From contig NC_043000.1 of the NCBI RefSeq assembly GCF_006345805.1, positions 65,286,001-65,350,000 of the forward strand: 64,000 bases of DNA. The letters run 5' to 3'. Below, one piece after another: positions 25,836 through 39,737 of the stretch (its first letter is position 1; each line of letters starts with the position of its first letter). This stretch comes from Octopus sinensis (lineage: Eukaryota). A program made the translations under genes and the position numbers. The notes under the pieces were generated by a model. It had not been told where the DNA came from and did not search any database. It saw nothing but the letters and a program-made list of their open reading frames with translations.

Positions 25836-28800
25836 TATATCAACTATTTCTAGTATATATATATCATCATCATCATCATCGTTTAGCGTCCGTTTTCCAT
25901 GCTAGCAAGGGTTGGACATATATATATATATATATATATATATTCTATTCTTTTACTTGTTTCAGTCATTTGACTGCGGCCATGCTGGAGCACTGCCTTT
26001 AGTTGAACGAATCAACCCCAGGACTTATTCTTTGTAAGCCTAGTACTTATTCTATAGGTCTCTTTTGCCAAACTGCATACATATATATACACACACACAC
26101 AAACTGTGTGTTGATAGCCAGCTGGAAAATATGTTTTCCAGGAGCTAAAACAATAGTAACATTGTCCTTTATAGGACTGTCACATTCTGTTGGCAGTCAT
26201 TCATCCCTCTCCAATTCCCCTCCTCTGTCACCTGAGTCAAGTTACATGCCCTAGTTTATAGAGTACTCTCAACACCATCCCCACTCTCAAATACCTGTTT
26301 CTGGATTTTCAGTCAGTATTGTTCTTTCTCCAAATTTACATTTACGGCTCCCCAATGGTTCACACTGAAAAGTGGATGGCTAAATAAGCAAAACAAGTGT
26401 ATAATTATATTAGGTCTCACTAGTTTTGTTTCATCAAGGACTGTTCAACCACTCTAGTTTTGATGCCATGAGAAAATGCACCCAATACACTCTGTAGAGT
26501 TATTGGCAATAAGAAGGGCATCCAGCCACAGAAACCAAGCCAAATCACACCTTTGAACACTTGCCTTTGGGAGCAGTAACTCACAACAGGAAATAATTTA
26601 GATCATGGTCTATGCAACCCATGCTAAGATGGAAAGTGTGCTAGTGGCACGTAAAAAGCACCAACTGATCATGGTACATAAAAAGCACCCACTACACACA
26701 CGGAGTGGTTGGCGTTAGGAAGGGCATCTAGCTGTAGAAACACTACCAGATCAGACTGAAACCTGGTGCAGTCTCCTGGCTTCCCAGACCCTGGTCAAAC
26801 TGCATATATATATATATATATATATATATGCTAGCATAGAAAACAGACATTAAACAATGATGATGATGATAACTGGGGCTTAAGAGATGCATCTCTCACA
26901 AATAAACTACTAATTTTCTACTATGATTAAAGCAGCATTAACAATCTAAAATTCTTCATACTATAACCACTACTTAAATATGACAACTGATGTATCCCCT
27001 TCAGATATTTAGTTTCTTGCTCCATCTCTTAGCCTTTTCTTCACTCATGTTACTCAACTAGCACTGGTCAAATTATTCCCGAAACATACAGGCATATTTG
27101 TCCCTTTCCAATATCTTTAATAGCAGCAATAGCAGGAGGAACAATTCCAACAATGGCAGGAAACTATGTTGAATATTGACAAAATAACAAATACATCTGA
27201 TGAAGATTACACCACCAGTAGTACCATACAACAACATAGCAAACATACAAGTTTACTTAAAACAAACAAACCATACAGTTGAAACTATAATAATCTCAAT
27301 AATAGCATTCTCAAGAGAAATTCAATTAGGGATCTTAGAGTGCTTATTCAATAATGAAATTTTCTTCCATACCATTTTCAGAGTATAGGTTGCAAGCACC
27401 ACAAATTAAGACAAATAACCCAACTCAATTACAAAATAGTTAATGTTAAAAAAGATTGTAAAACTGAATTGAGCAGATGCTAATAATATTAAAAAAAAAA
27501 ACTCCCATGATTGTTTCAGAGCTCACAAAACATACTACAAACACAGTTCTACAGAATTACTATACAAAATGTTTGATTCTGCTGTAGGATACTCTTATAT
27601 GGCTGTTTCATTTCTTCTTCTGTCATATCCATAAACTGAACAATAAAATCTCCTTTGTCCAACAGGAAATAATGTTTCATAGACCTAAAACAAACGTAAA
27701 TTATATCATATAACAATTTAAGATGCAACTGAAATTAACTCATTACAATGGAATAAGATAAATATTTCCATCAGAAGATAAACTACAATTCTCTTTGTTG
27801 ATGTTTGGCTTCAGCACAGGAAAACCTTCCTCTAACAGCTACTGATTTTCTCTCAGACACTGTAAAGCTATGACTATGCTATCCAATGCTTATTTGTAGG
27901 CTCCACTACAGTAACTGTTCTATAAAAGAAACAACAATAGTGTAAAATATTCCTATTATAGGTAAAATAGTGTAAAACATTATCAAATGATGTACTTTGC
28001 CTGTTCAAAGGTTTCATGCAATAGTTGTATAGCCTGGCTCTCCATCCGTTATGAAGATGAGCATTCCAGTTGATTCTATTAACAGATCAGCCTGCTTGTG
28101 AAACTGATGTGCAAGTGGCTGAGCACTCCACAGACATGCATACCCTGAATGTAGTTCTCAGGGAGATTCAGTGCGACACACTGAATGTGACATGGCTTGG
28201 TCCATTGAACTACAAGTACAATTTATTTTTGCCAGCCGTGTGGATTGTACAGAGGTACATTATTAAATAAGTTATTAAGATGGCGAACTGGCAGAATTGT
28301 TAGCATGCCAGTCAAAATGTTTAGCAGCATTTTGCCTGTCTTTATATTCTGAGTTGAAATTCTATTAAGGTCAATTTGCTTTTCATCTTTTCAGGGTCAA
28401 TAAAAGAAGTCCAGTTGAGCACTGGGGTTGATGTAACCAACTTAGCCCCTTCCCTGAAACTGTTAGCCTTATGCCAAAATTTAAAACCATTAATAAATAA
28501 GTTATTACACTTAGAAATTGTTGTAGCACAAAATGAAGTTAAAGTGATGTGCTTGGATGTAAAAGACACTATTAACTTTGTACAATGTCATGTTTAAAAT
28601 AAAGCTCAGACATCAGTATGGCTTCTGTCGAGCGATGTAAAAACTTTTTCAGTAGACAACTTCTCACAAACAAAGATGAAATTGTATATGTGGGATGGAG
28701 AAGCCTGACAGTTTGAAATGAGTATATTTGGAGGAGATTGACAAAAGGTATGTAATGTGTAGTTGTGAGACTTTCTCCAAGGGATGTACTGCTTATTTAG

Positions 28801-31800
28801 ATGTGGTCAAGGTTGGGGAAGAGGACTTCATAAATTGGGAGATTCTTTTAGCAAAGGACCAAAAGGATAGGCAGCAGCTTATCGGGTGGAAAAATCTCAT
28901 GATATAAAGGTAAACTTTATATCACAAATAGTGAATTGCATTGCTGGGTGAATACCACCCAGTCTTGGAGAGTGGGTGAGATGCTCCAAAATTGTAGGCC
29001 TTGATTTATGTCTGAACAGCTGCAGCATAGCGTTGAGTAAACTACTTGAGAGACTTTGGACATTGAAATTTTGCTGTGTGGAATATGAAGGGACATAGCT
29101 AAAGGGGCAAGTTCAATCAATCACCCAGCTGTTTCTAAATGTCATAAATGAAGCAGGTATGCTGTCAGGGACAAGTGAAATAAAACTGGTGGAGCTCCAG
29201 CCAGTTGGTTGACTTGAAGTATGATAGAGACAGAGGTGTTCTGTAGTATGCATTGGTGTATTTGGATAGTTGCAATAAGGCAGAGGCTGGATGACCCAGT
29301 GGATGCAGAAATGGATATAGTTTGGTAGAGGTGAGGTTTTAAGGTGAGAAAGAGATTGAAAGTGTTTGCATAGTGGAGAGTTTTTGCATCAGTCTGGAAA
29401 GGTTTGGAATAAATATTGAGAGTTGTAAGAGTTGAAGTGACTGAAAACAATGACTTTAGAGAGTGGAGTGGAGTGGAGTGGTGAGGTAGATATTTTTAAT
29501 GCAAAGAGTTGCTGGTGGCTTTAGGAATTCTGAAAGTGAATAGAAGGAGCAAATGTGTTTGTGGGGAATGTGTGCACATCCATCCATACATACATACATA
29601 CAAACATGAAATGTGAAGTTTATAGCTGTCAACTACACACACACATAAATATTATAAAATGTGAAGCTTATAGCTGTCATCAATTATAAATATAGATAGT
29701 TATATATGCTGTATAGTTCCCAGCTATCAAACTGCAATCACAAGGTATTAGTCAATCCAAAGTTGTAGAAGTCACTTGATCAAAGAGCAATGGAATTAAA
29801 CCCAAAACTAAGCTGAGAAGCTTGCACATTTAAATAGGCCACAAAGTACAGAAAGACATTTAGAAAATATGGGAGAAAAACATGACTATAACATAGAAAC
29901 AAATAATCTATTTTTTATCAATATTAAAAATCCAGTAATAAACATAGAAATTACAAATTACACACCTTAGTCGAGCCATCAGTTCTTGCTCTTCCATCAA
30001 TAAGTTTAGTAAAACTTTTGAAGCATAATTATACGCTTTTTCAATTTGATCAAAGTATCCTTTTTCATTCAATGTATAAATCATTTCTTCAGCATAAGGA
30101 CATTTTACATCTCTACCTGAAATACAAGGATTTCAGTTCAGATAGAAAGATTTTCATAATAACCAACAATTGGTTTCATATTCTTGAGTTTACTTTCCTT
30201 TTCCATCCACACATTTCTGAGATCAGAAATTTCCCATCAGATAGCTTCATTATGATATACATCAATGAAGTTCTCTCTCATCAATATTCTAACAACTCTG
30301 TAGTCCACAGGATTCAATTGTCTACTCCGTTTTATTTTATACATTAGTAACTTTAACTCTGTTACTATTTCTAACAACACACTTTGGATTTATTCAGTTT
30401 GGCTGCCAGTATCCATTCTGTTCGAATTGATTTTATACTCAGTGTAATGATACACTTTTATAGATAATGAAGACCATGAAAATCATTTTTGCTATAAATC
30501 AACAAATAAAGAGTTATTAGTAATTAAAGTTTGAAAATTTGAGGTAATTCTAGCCAATCATAAGCCACAGATTCATTCATGCCAGTTTCCATAGTAACAA
30601 GTGGAAAATAAGAACTCTTTTGTCTGTGAGAAAGCACATGTTGACAAATAAATTGAAACCACTTGTTTTACCTATCTGTTGACAACTGAGTAGGTGAATT
30701 TATGAACTGGTCAACAGAATCTTTGTTTTTTTAAAAATATTTAATTTGTAATGTGTTATTTTGTTTGTAGAAAAATCTTTTAACTTCATGCTATTGCATT
30801 AAATGCATACTGAATGCTTATAACTACAAAATACGCATTTTCCTTTTGCCATTGAGATGATTATGAGGTGTGCTAAAAATAACAGCTAAATAACGTTTTT
30901 GGATAAATCTTTTAAGTTTGTGCTATCACAATGCTTAAAACTACAAAATGTATGTTGTTTATTCTTTCTTGACAACACGTGCTATTTTCAGGATGTTGAC
31001 AAAATGTGCAGTCACGCACAAAATGACAGCTTCCAAATCCTGTTGTCTAACTTTAAACCTCTATAACTTTTCAAAAACATTTTTCCAGAAATAGTGAAAT
31101 AACTCCAGGAATTCAGTTTGGAAAAGTGTATTAAAGTGTCAAATTGAAAAAATTTCGATAAACTTTAATTTTTGAAATGTTGGCAACTAAACCAAATAGA
31201 TCCCACACTTCTATATAAAAGACACTTCAAGCCTCCTCAGTTTTTCAATCATATCAGCTGTCACCAACCACACACTGCTTAAACAGCTGAGACCAAAGAT
31301 TATGAAAAGTTCTCTAGTGGTGACATGGTAACCTAGTCTTCTTCAACGGAACTAAAACACAGCTAATTATGTGTGTGTGCACATGCACATGAAGGAAATG
31401 CAGTTTCAACATTACACTCTACTCATGAACAACACACAGCTAAATTCCTCTTACTATAAATGTTGGGTTTTACAGTTTAAGACAATCTTTCAAGGTAGCT
31501 ATATTTTTGTATATCTAGGGCCTTAGTGCCCAATATGTTTTCTTTTCAAGCAGGTTGGGTATGACTTAGGAGTAACTATCTTCTATTTCTGGCAGGCTAA
31601 GTGACTGTAGAGCCCAGTGGTTCTCAACCATTTTTTAATTGTGGACCCCTTTTGATTCGTATTTTACTCTACTGGACCCTCACAGCAATCTTTAAAAAAA
31701 ATCCTATTATATTTCTATAATTAGATATTATTAGAAATTGTAAAAAAAAGTTTTTAAAATATTTTGTGAATTGTAGAAATATAACCAATTTATTGCACCT

Positions 31801-32602
31801 AAATTTTAACAACAAAATCTTACATGGACCCTGGTTGAGAACTACTGGTATAGAGGCTCCTACATAGGCAAATGCCCTCAACGGAGGGTGTTAACAAATA
31901 CAGAACAGCAGAGATGAGTTTTCTGACCTAGAATGAGGCCAGGAACTTCTACAGAACAACCTTAAAGAATATTGAACCGGTCCTACTTTGATCATGATTA
32001 TTTAAAATTAATGTTCAGGAATATTTATTCTATTAAGGAATGAGTATTAGTGCCAGAATATTTATAGAATAACAGAAATCACAATATAAAAAGATCACTT
32101 ACCACATTGTCGTACAACATTTAGATATTTCCCAGTTTTTAATACTTCTTGGACAACAAGTGCCAAAAAGATTGGAGTTCTGTCTTTTCTCACAACGTAA
32201 TTCTGTTCCCAATACATAGATGGAGTCAAAGAAATAATATCACAGAGGTAGTAATTCCACTTAGAAAAAAGTGGATGATGATCCACAGAAAGTTAGGCTG
32301 ACAGAGAGAATAAAAACTTTACAATATTTCTCTCTCCAATTTTAGCTTGAAGATTTTGAAATAAAGATAAACATAAAAACATAGTCTCTGCTCTTTTACT
32401 TGTTTCAGTCATTTGACTGTGGCCATGCTGGAGCACTGCCTTTAGTCGAACAAATTGACCCTAGGACTTATTCTTTGTAAGCCTAGTACTTATTCTATCA
32501 GTCTCTTTTGCCGAACTGTTAAGTTACGGCGACGTAAATACACCACCATCGGTTATCAAGCAATGTTGGGGGGACAAACACATACACACATATTTATATA
32601 TA

Positions 32603-32643
<41 letters not shown>

Positions 32644-32808
32644 GGTCCCGGGTTGATTCGGGGTTAACCACAGTAAATAAGGTACTCAATACATAGCAGA
32701 GTAAAATTAATTTATTATATAGAAGGAGCTTCTACAGGACTAGAACTGCTTCCTGATGATTTCTCTTGAATGAAACAGTTCTAGTCCTGTAGAAGCTCCT
32801 TCTATATA

Positions 32809-32844
<36 letters not shown>

Positions 32845-35800
32845 GACGGGCTTCCTTCAGTTTCTGTCTACCAAATCCACTAACAAGGCTTTGGTCGACC
32901 CAAGGCTATAGCAGAAGACACTTGCCCACAGTGTCACACAGTGGGACTGAACCCGGAACTATGTGGTTCGTAAGCAAGCTACTTACCACACAGCCACCAA
33001 GTATTTTGTTAGTAGTTTAGTGACATATAGGTTCTGTTGACAATTCAGCCTGCATTTTTGCCTTGTGCTTGAGAATACACTTCAAGCTAAATGAAATCAT
33101 AGTCATGGCCAGTGTGACAGGCACTCAGTACACTTTGTGGAGTGGTTGGCATTAGGAAGGGCATCCAGCCATAGAAGCCAAGCAAAAACAGACAGGACCC
33201 TGGTGCAGCTCTCCAGCTTATCAGTTCCAATCAAACTGTCTTACCACTGCTAGCATGGAAAACAGATGCTAAATGATGATGATGAGTATGGAGCCAGTAA
33301 TTTTAATATAGATAACCCACAACTAAGGTTAAATTGACTTGTGAAAAATGTAACATTCATTCTCTTGCACACACAGTAAATTTTCCAGACTTATTTCAGG
33401 TAAAAAAAAATGTATAAAAACCGCATCATCAACACCAGGTAATCTGGTAGAAATGGCAAAGATAGTATACACCAGATTAAATAGTTCACATTATTATTTT
33501 TTTACATTTGTCTGTTTCAGTCATTAGATTGCAGCCATGCTGGAAAATAGCTTTGAAGAACTTTGTGTCGAGCGATCAACCCTAGTGATTTTCTTTTTCT
33601 TTTAAAGCCTGGTACTTATCCTTCTCTTTTTGTCAAACCACTAAGTTACGGGGAACATAAACAAACCACTGCTTGTCACATGGTAGTGAGGGACAGACAC
33701 AGACAGATATATATACACACATACATACATAAACACACACACAATGGGATTCTTTCAGTTTCCATTTACAAAATCCACTCACAAGGTTTTGGTTAGCTCA
33801 AGGCTTTAGTAGGAGACACTTGCCGAAGATACCACACAGTGAGACTGAACCCGGAACCATGTAGCTGAGAAGCAAGCTTCTACCAAACAGCCGTGTCTGC
33901 ACATATAGTATTATTTGACTTTTACTAGTTTCAATTATTAAATCAAAAAGTTAAGAAACAAACTTCTTAATCATTGAACTACATCCTTGCTTGGGCATTG
34001 CTTTTACAGTTGCGTAGTCATAGTTCAATAATTGAAACATGAAAAAGAATAACAGAATCTAGTGAGACATATACAGTTATATGATAAAGAAGTTCAATTC
34101 TCAACCATGTGGCTCAATGACTAAAACTACTAAAGTCAAATAATATCATGAACCATTCAATTTAACATTTCACTATCTCTGCCACTTTCAGCAACTTAAT
34201 TATCAAACTACCTGGCATTAAGGATGCTATTTAATTTATTTACTTATTTTTTCCCATAAAACATGTCTCAAAAATTTACTGTACCCTGAAGGTGAAGGTT
34301 ATATTTTTCAGAAATCAATTGCAACGGCTCCAGTATGTTAGTACTAATTTTATCATCCATGTTAAAGTGCCGAGTTTTACTTTGGCATGAAGGGAGATAA
34401 TTAACAGAATTAAATACTACAAGTTATTTTTGTTTGATGCACTAATTGTTCTCCATTATAATTTTTTTTCATCTGGGTTTGATGCATTTTCATCATACTT
34501 TTGCTGCAGTTCATTGTCATCTTTTTATTCCTGTTCAGCCATCAGAAATCAGTTTCACCAAACAGCCTGGCCTATCCAAGTGATATATATATAGTTAATC
34601 TAAACATGAAAACACAAAGACAGAACACAATGCGAGGACGTGGAACAAGTATAATGTTATTGGACGCTCAGGAAAGGAAAGAAAGAAGTGGGATTTAACA
34701 TTTCAAGCAGAGCTCTTCGTCAGAAACATAGGAAAAGGAAAGATCCAAGGAAGGGAAAATGGAGGAAAAAAATCGCCAACGGTACACACGCGATCACATT
34801 TTGGCAAAAAATTTTCAATTAAAATAATAAATATTACAAAACTACAGATTAGAATTAAAATACTGATAATAAGTACAGGAAAATTTCACATATATTTGAC
34901 TAACAATAGATAGATAAAATGTTGCATTTGAGATTAGTAACCTCATGTATTTAAGCTAATTCTAAAGTGAAAATCACTGTTAGAATACAAAACTGTATTA
35001 AGTAAAAGGATATTCATTGTATGATTTCTCCTTGTTGACCTCTTCATTCTCAACAACAAAAAACTAGAAAGAAAAATTAAACAATGATAAACAATAAGGA
35101 ATGATTAATAATAATTAATGATTGATAACTGAAAGATTCTCAAGCAGAAATGGAGTATTTTCCTAGTTACATTAATAATTCAAAATTATCTGTTGGTCAC
35201 AATGTTGGCCATAAGTCATAGTAATTAAAATTTAAAAAAAGATAAAATTCATGTAGTTGTTGCTTAGTCTTAAATCAGTCCTGATTGAGTAGACATATGA
35301 ATAACCCTTTAGCATTCAAATCACTATGTTATATATAATGCTTGTTTATTCACATTGTTTTGAATTAATCATGAAATGTCTCATAGCTTTGAGATTTCGA
35401 TGATGTGACTGTTTTTTTTTTTTTTTAAATGACTTTGTAAAGTAAGTGTGAAAGGAGAGATCTGGCCAGTTTGAAACAATTAGAATACTTGAGCCAAATA
35501 TGGTTGATTCAAATGCTAATGGGTTTGAGACATTCATACTGTGATCACCCTGCTCTTGCTGGAGGTATTCTGTACCTTTTCTCCTGCACATTTTTATATT
35601 GGTAGGGATATGCTTTCAAATGACCTTTTTTGGATAGTCATATTTTAAATAGTTATGAAATAGAAAGAGACATTTATATCACTGAAGCAACATACCTCTT
35701 CATATGGATCGTTAATAATCCCCTTGTAGATCCACATCTCCAAAATTTCAAAGTATGGAGCACACGCCTGATGAAAAGAGACACAAACATAATTAAAACT

Positions 35801-38800
35801 GGAAGAGAACATATATCTTTTAATTTTTTAATTCAGTTGTTGATAAGTTGCAAGCACAAAATATTAAACAAATATAATAATCAAGTAACAAAAATATAAA
35901 ATAATAATTACTGGTCATAATTTGCATTGGTGAAAATGATAGAGCGAAATTTAGATCAGTTTGTATGTCTGCTGTGGGGTGTCAAGTAAATAGACATTTC
36001 AATTAAATGCTATCATTGCAGGTACCTCATCTGTCTCTTCATTCAAATTCTCACAGCTATTACAAATGAAATCCCTGGACCAAGTGATTCCAAATTTTAG
36101 CTACAATTCTGCAAACCCCATTTTCTACATCGATGCAAAGCAGACTTTGCATTGATGAAAGAGAACATAAATACTGCACTTACAGTAAATTCATGCTCCA
36201 CCATTCCAATTCATCTGGCCATTTCATTGACCATCTTGCAGTGTCCAGAATTTCTGAACAACAAAACCAATATAAGAAATAACTTATCATCATGCTTGGC
36301 ACCAGCTTAAACAATTTCATAATACTATTTTGCTTTTGTTGTTTATGCTATTTCCTTCTATTACCAAACACCATTCTTCCCAGTTTTCCTCTTCTACTTT
36401 GCTCTTCCTTCCCTACCAAAACAAATACAAAAAACATTTCTCCTTCCTACTTGTGTATGTTGGTAAGAACATAATCACATCTTGTATCTATCTTTTTTCC
36501 ATACTTCTTTCTGGCCACTAACCTTTCACTTGTAGAGACACATGGCTTTGTGGTTAGGGTATTGGACTAATGATCATGTGGTTGTGGTTTCAATTCCTGG
36601 ACAATGCGTTGTGTTCTTGAGAAAAACACCTCATTTCACATGGCCCCAGTCCACTCAGCTGGTAAAAATGAGTAATCCTGTGACAGACCAGCATTCTGTC
36701 CAGGTGGGGAATATATATGCCATGAAACTGGCCCTTATGAGTCAGTATGACTCGAGAAAGTAACTTTACCCTTCAATTAACACCTTCTTGCATTCTCCTT
36801 TTGAAATTTGTTTCTTTGTTAATGTTACTCTTCTTTTTACATGCTCTTTCATGCAACAATGCCACCTTGTCCACCCACAGTTTCACTGAACACTTAGTAG
36901 TTGATATATAAACTATTACTGTTAACATTATTATACTATGTAAGCTATTACATGCTAATTTAGCTCACAGAATTATTATCCTGAGTTTGGATGACAAGTC
37001 TCCCTAAATTTCAAGAGTCTTTTTTAGGATTGTTGCAGAATACAGGATGGCACTTATCTGCAGGTCAACAAAACATTTCAATTCCTTTATCCTTCAGCCA
37101 CTAAAGTAATAATTTTGGCATAGTGCCAAGTCTCCCAATCACCACAGGAACGATTTTCTTTTTTGTGTTCTACAATCTCTTTATCTCTCTGGATCACTCC
37201 CGATTTCTCAATTTTCTCAGTTTCCTTAGTATTCATTCTACTATCAAATGGGATTGCAAAGTCAATGATTTTACACTGTTTGTTCCTTCTTTCATCCACA
37301 ATCATATCTAGTCTCCTTACTTCAGTAATGTGATCAGTCTCTATGAAGAAATCCCCTTATATCCTGGAACTAGCATTCAACACAAGTCTCTGGTTCATAC
37401 TTATACCACTATTCTGTCACTTCAAATCCATAAATTTGACTGACCTCCAAACATAATCTTTTACTAACACAATTGTGCCTGTGTCTATTATTCTTTCTAT
37501 GCGTCCTTTGGACCTACATAATATGTCATAAAGGGCAGCTGCTAACAAGCAGATGTTTACTATTGGGGGCACATCTATTGACTTCATCCTTAAAACCTTT
37601 TGGCCTAAGTACAATAGATTTGTATGAGGAAGGTTTTGGTCAGCACTAGGGATGCTTTGTTCTAACATAGAGAAGGCAGAGTTAAAACAGCTATTCAAGT
37701 CTGTAATTTCACTTCCCTGACATTTTGCAATGTAATTTAATGTTTTTTTTTCTGTTTTGTTTCGTTTTTTTTAATGTTTTAAAGAAACAAAAGAATTTCA
37801 CAGAAATAATTCACAAATTCCAACTTGAAGGACAAAAATGCGAAGGAGCTGAGGATTTCTTCAAAATTGCTGAAACCTTATGTGAGACACAGACCAAAAA
37901 TTTTAAACATATCTTTGTTACAAAGTTCAAGTAAAGCAAAACTTATGAGTAACTCAAAGCAACATTTTACTGACAACTCAACAAAAACAATAACTTAAAA
38001 ACTTTTTTTATTTCATTAATTTAAAAAAAAAATTTTATTTTGTTTTATCTTTCATACATAATCTTATAATTCTGCTTGTCACTGTTACTTAGCCTATCCG
38101 TAACGCTTCCATGTAATTAGTTGAAGGATGGATGGGGAGAGATAGGAAGGGTGGGGAGAGTGGAGAAGGGGAGATAGGAGGCGGGGACAGGGAGAGAGAG
38201 GTGGTGGAGAGTGAAATGTCTAATTGTTTTTTTTGAACTTATGTTTTTTCCTCCATTACTTAGCCTGTCTGCAACGCTTTCACGTGATTAGTTGAAGGGA
38301 AAGGCAAAGAGTAAAAGGAAAAGGAGAGAGAAAAAGAGGGTACGGCAAAGAGTGAGAGAGAAAGAGAGAGAGAGTGCTGTATATTAAGTTTCTAGATTAT
38401 ATATATACTTTATAAAGTATATAAAGTGTATATATAAAGTGCATTAAGTAATCATTATATTCCAGTTTTTTTCACTTTTCAATGAGTAGCAAATGAGCGA
38501 CTATCTTTTGATATAGACACAACACAGTCTACACATTTCATGTTTTCTGGATAAAGATTTCAAAAATAACCCAATAAGTTTAGCATAAATTCCGTGAAAT
38601 ATTAACAGGTCCCGCTAGTTATACATAAATACTGTACTGCGTTATGCTGTATGAATAAATTCTTCCCAAACTTTCAATTACATTTAGACATCTCTTAACC
38701 TTCACTTACCCAAAGTCACTGGGTGTGACCCGGCAAGTTACTGTATCACACGTGCAGATTAAAAACAAAACAATAATAATATTAATAAAATCTTACCGCT

Positions 38801-39701
38801 TGAGTTAAAAAAAGGCAAAGTTCTTGACTTTTAGTATCTCTACAATAAATACAGAAATAAAACAAAATTTAATTTAAAAAGATAAGAAACAATCTGTTAA
38901 AAAGACAATCTAGTGATATATAATTTAAGCTTTTAACTATTTAGAATAGTATGCACAAGTAGGAGGAACTTGCTCTCTTTCCTGTTACATGTACCATAAC
39001 TAGTTTCAAGCAGTAGACTGTGCTCCTGTTGGTGCATTACCTAAAAGGAATTTAATCAATCATATCAAACCCAGGTGTTTTGTACATACTCTGTCAACTT
39101 TGCAAAGCAGGAAAATAAGCTCACCCTTGGCATAAAATGAAGTAACCAGAATGTAAACAGACATGACAAGATACCACTAGGACTTTTTCCACATACATAT
39201 GTATATGTATATATATACACACACATACATATATACACATATATATATATAAACGTAAACATATACACACACATATATATATATATATACATAGATACAT
39301 ACATATATATACATACATATATGCAAATATATAGATGCACACACACACGCACACATATAGACACATACACACTTAAATCACTTGGGACTTTTTTATCCAG
39401 CTGTCATCCTCTACAAGTTCCACATAACAGCTCAGTCAGCTCTTTTGCTTACTACATCTGGGTGTTTTTCTACATTCATTTTGCTGTCCCTAAGCATTAC
39501 ATATCCATCAAAGTACTTTCACTTCATTTTTTCCATTGTACACCACTCATATTCAGTATCCGTGTATACTATACACAACTCTGGACACATACATCATACA
39601 ATCTGCCTTGTCATGTTTCCTTCTAATTTAGCTCTTGAGCAAAGCAAACATCAACTTGGCCTCTTTCCAGCATCCTGTAATTTCTCTTTATCTCCACACA
39701 A

Positions 39702-39737
<36 letters not shown>

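Larger units (their letters stand above)
32225..35013 (-). other. U12-type (minor spliceosome) AT-AC/AT-AN intron
   Basis: 5' site ATATCCTTTT (plus strand 35004-35013); branch-like TTCTTTGAC at the 3' end; no in-frame AG acceptor for the required phase. Confidence 0.85.

Noticed and set aside
39125-39200. Possible exon with a gtgagc donor (GKSPSGILSCLF...)
   Set aside because: No acceptor (it runs into a microsatellite) and no GCP2 similarity; the needed segment is supplied by exon 41651-41712.
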